A DNA stretch of 64,000 nt, taken from the IMG/VR virus record IMGVR_UViG_3300050343_000177, positions 1-64,000 of that record; one strand, written 5' to 3'. This document shows, one piece after another, positions 62,351 through 64,000 of this stretch (position 1 is its first letter; every line of letters starts with the position of its first letter). This DNA is from a virus. A program made the position numbers and the translations under genes. Below the pieces are notes generated by a model. It had not been told where the DNA came from and did no database searches. It saw only the letters and a list, made by a program, of their open reading frames with translations.

Positions 62351-62588
62351 TGGCAGCGTCTGTAAGCAACGTCTATGACGTCCTTGAATGCGTCAAAAAT
62401 AAAGTAGAAGAGCTATGCGTAGCAGAAGAGGTTTCTCCTCTGCTTGTATGGCTATTGCTACGGCAGCAAGCTGACTATCAGCTGTTACTTCTACAAGATT
62501 CAAACAAATAACTTCTATGCCCCCTACCGGGGGCTGTAGTTCGTAATGCCCATTCGTGGGTATCTGTTCCTTTATATTTTTTCTACAG

Positions 62589-63236
62589 ATGACTGTTCTT
62601 AGCACCGCAACAATCGATCCAGCAGCAGCACTTGTCGCAGAATTTGCTGGCGGTAGTGACTCTAGTGTTGACATGATGGTTGGCATTGGCGTCCTCAAGG
62701 ATTCCGATGCAGTGTTCTTTCAATACCTAGGTGACACCAATGAGCCTGCTGCACTGATGTTGCAGTCTGGTAAGCCTCTCACTCGTATGGGTAACGTCAC
62801 ACTCACTGGTATCAGTGTTGCTGATGACATCGGTGAGTTCAATGCCACCAAGCTCAATGTGTTCCTTGAGTCTTCTAAGGGCACAACCGTGCTTGTCACC
62901 AGTGGTCTGACAACCATCTGGTCTCAGTGCATCATCAATGGCTTGATGGCCATGTTCAACGGCGGTGATCTCACCTGCCCATTCAACCTCGACACTTGGA
63001 AAGGTAACTCCAAGATGAAGCCTTGCTTCGGTAGCATCCGCGTTGGTCAAGCCAAGATGTCAGACAATGACTTGTATGAGCAACTGCGTGACGCACGTAC
63101 TGATGGCAACAAGCAGCTTGTCGAGACAATCATGCGTGACTCTGTGCAGATCCTTTCTCACGCTTTGACTGGTGGTCCAGTCGAAGAAGCTGTTGTTACT
63201 ACTGAGCCGACTGTGACGGTAGCTGCCGACTTTTGA
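62589..63236 (+). CDS. Hypothetical protein (highly-expressed codon usage; possibly ssDNA-binding)
   Basis: Acidic tail ending ADF; preceded by a hairpin element. Confidence 0.55.
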   Translation: MTVLSTATIDPAAALVAEFAGGSDSSVDMMVGIGVLKDSDAVFFQYLGDTNEPAALMLQSGKPLTRMGNVTLTGISVADDIGEFNATKLNVFLESSKGTTVLVTSGLTTIWSQCIINGLMAMFNGGDLTCPFNLDTWKGNSKMKPCFGSIRVGQAKMSDNDLYEQLRDARTDGNKQLVETIMRDSVQILSHALTGGPVEEAVVTTEPTVTVAADF

Positions 63237-63403
63237 GTTTCCTCAGTTCCGTAAGGATATAGGTCAGTTATCTATGGCACGGCGTTCATTACGCGCTGTG
63301 CTTTTACACATAGATATTGACCCTGGGCAAACCAATGTTGATACATTGCTCGCATTACTCGATCATTTTTACGAATACCCAGACGATTACAAAGAGATAA
63401 TTC

Positions 63404-63676
63404 ATGACTCAATCTGAATACATAAGTGTCTTCAAAGAAGACTTAGTCGATGCAGTAAAGCTTTGCCATGCAGGGCTAGCACAAGACTCACCAAAGATGC
63501 CTAAAGAGTATCTCAACGAACTGTTGAATCTTTTGTTTGGCTATATGCCTGTCTCTAGCAGAGCTGAGATTGCTACGTATTTAGCTGAGAAGTCTTACTT
63601 ACCACCACTCAAACTGATTGATCCTAATGAAATGAAAGCAACGGTTGCTGCTTCTGACCTGCTTAAAGGCTTATGA
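63404..63676 (+). CDS. Hypothetical protein
   Basis: 90-aa ORF. Confidence 0.5.
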   Translation: MTQSEYISVFKEDLVDAVKLCHAGLAQDSPKMPKEYLNELLNLLFGYMPVSSRAEIATYLAEKSYLPPLKLIDPNEMKATVAASDLLKGL

Positions 63677-64000
63677 AGTATCGCATCCGTTACACCGATA
63701 AAACTGACTACACACAAGAGATCATTGTTGATGCTCCCAATGTTCGGGAAGCAATCGATGATGCTCTTGAGCAGTTACCAGACAACATCGTAATTCTTTC
63801 TGCACTGCAAGCAAACTTATGACAGTAACCTACAAGCCTCAAGCGATCACTCACCTGATCTATGAGATAGAAAAACTAGGTATCGAGACAAGAGTACAAA
63901 GCACTTACTTCGGATATGAAGTCTGTGTTCATATCTATGGCAATAACGAGCGTGCCGCAATCATGTCTGTCAATCAGTTCATCAACTGGGCACCTAACTA

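Larger units (their letters stand above)
43217..62560 (+). repeat. Array of ~25 hairpin + RTG elements, mostly one before each small early gene
   Basis: Stems start near 43217, 43333, 43528, 43716, 43920, 44390, 44596, 44800, 45085, 45367, 45598, 45944, 46373, 46805, 47006, 48269, 48630, 48961, 49423, 50470, 50799, 52541, 56025, 62110, 62519; consensus GCCCCC-TANC-GGGGGC-TTTATTTCATT-GTGTTCTTTA. Confidence 0.92.

Overview
Window from a tailed dsDNA cyanophage, probably infecting marine Synechococcus or Prochlorococcus. It carries psbA, hli, a possible nblA, a sigma70-family factor, family A DNA polymerase, terminase, portal, an N4-gp56-like major capsid protein and tail fibres. Many conserved genes are frameshifted and several look internally deleted, so this is probably an error-prone long-read sequence and gene ends are approximate. 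Layout: replication tail (1-2.3 kb, +); lysis, integration, tail, head and packaging genes mostly on the - strand (2.3-41.6 kb); a non-coding strand-switch region with DnaA boxes (42.6-43.2 kb); then an early/accessory region on the + strand (43.2-64 kb). Best candidate for an undescribed system: about 25 copies of a structure-defined element, mostly one per small early gene. Each is a covarying GC-rich hairpin, usually with a GNNA/GNA loop on the template strand, followed by RTG at a near-fixed 19-20 nt from the loop centre. It could be a hairpin promoter or an RNA-processing cassette array. Other notable items: three dispersed ~125-bp iteron-like elements with variable cores, an ORF-less group I intron in the capsid gene beside a free-standing HNH gene, a glutamine riboswitch-DUF4278 unit, an integrase with a tRNA-Ser attP, an unusually divergent D1, and an R[MFK]AG motif shared by many late proteins.
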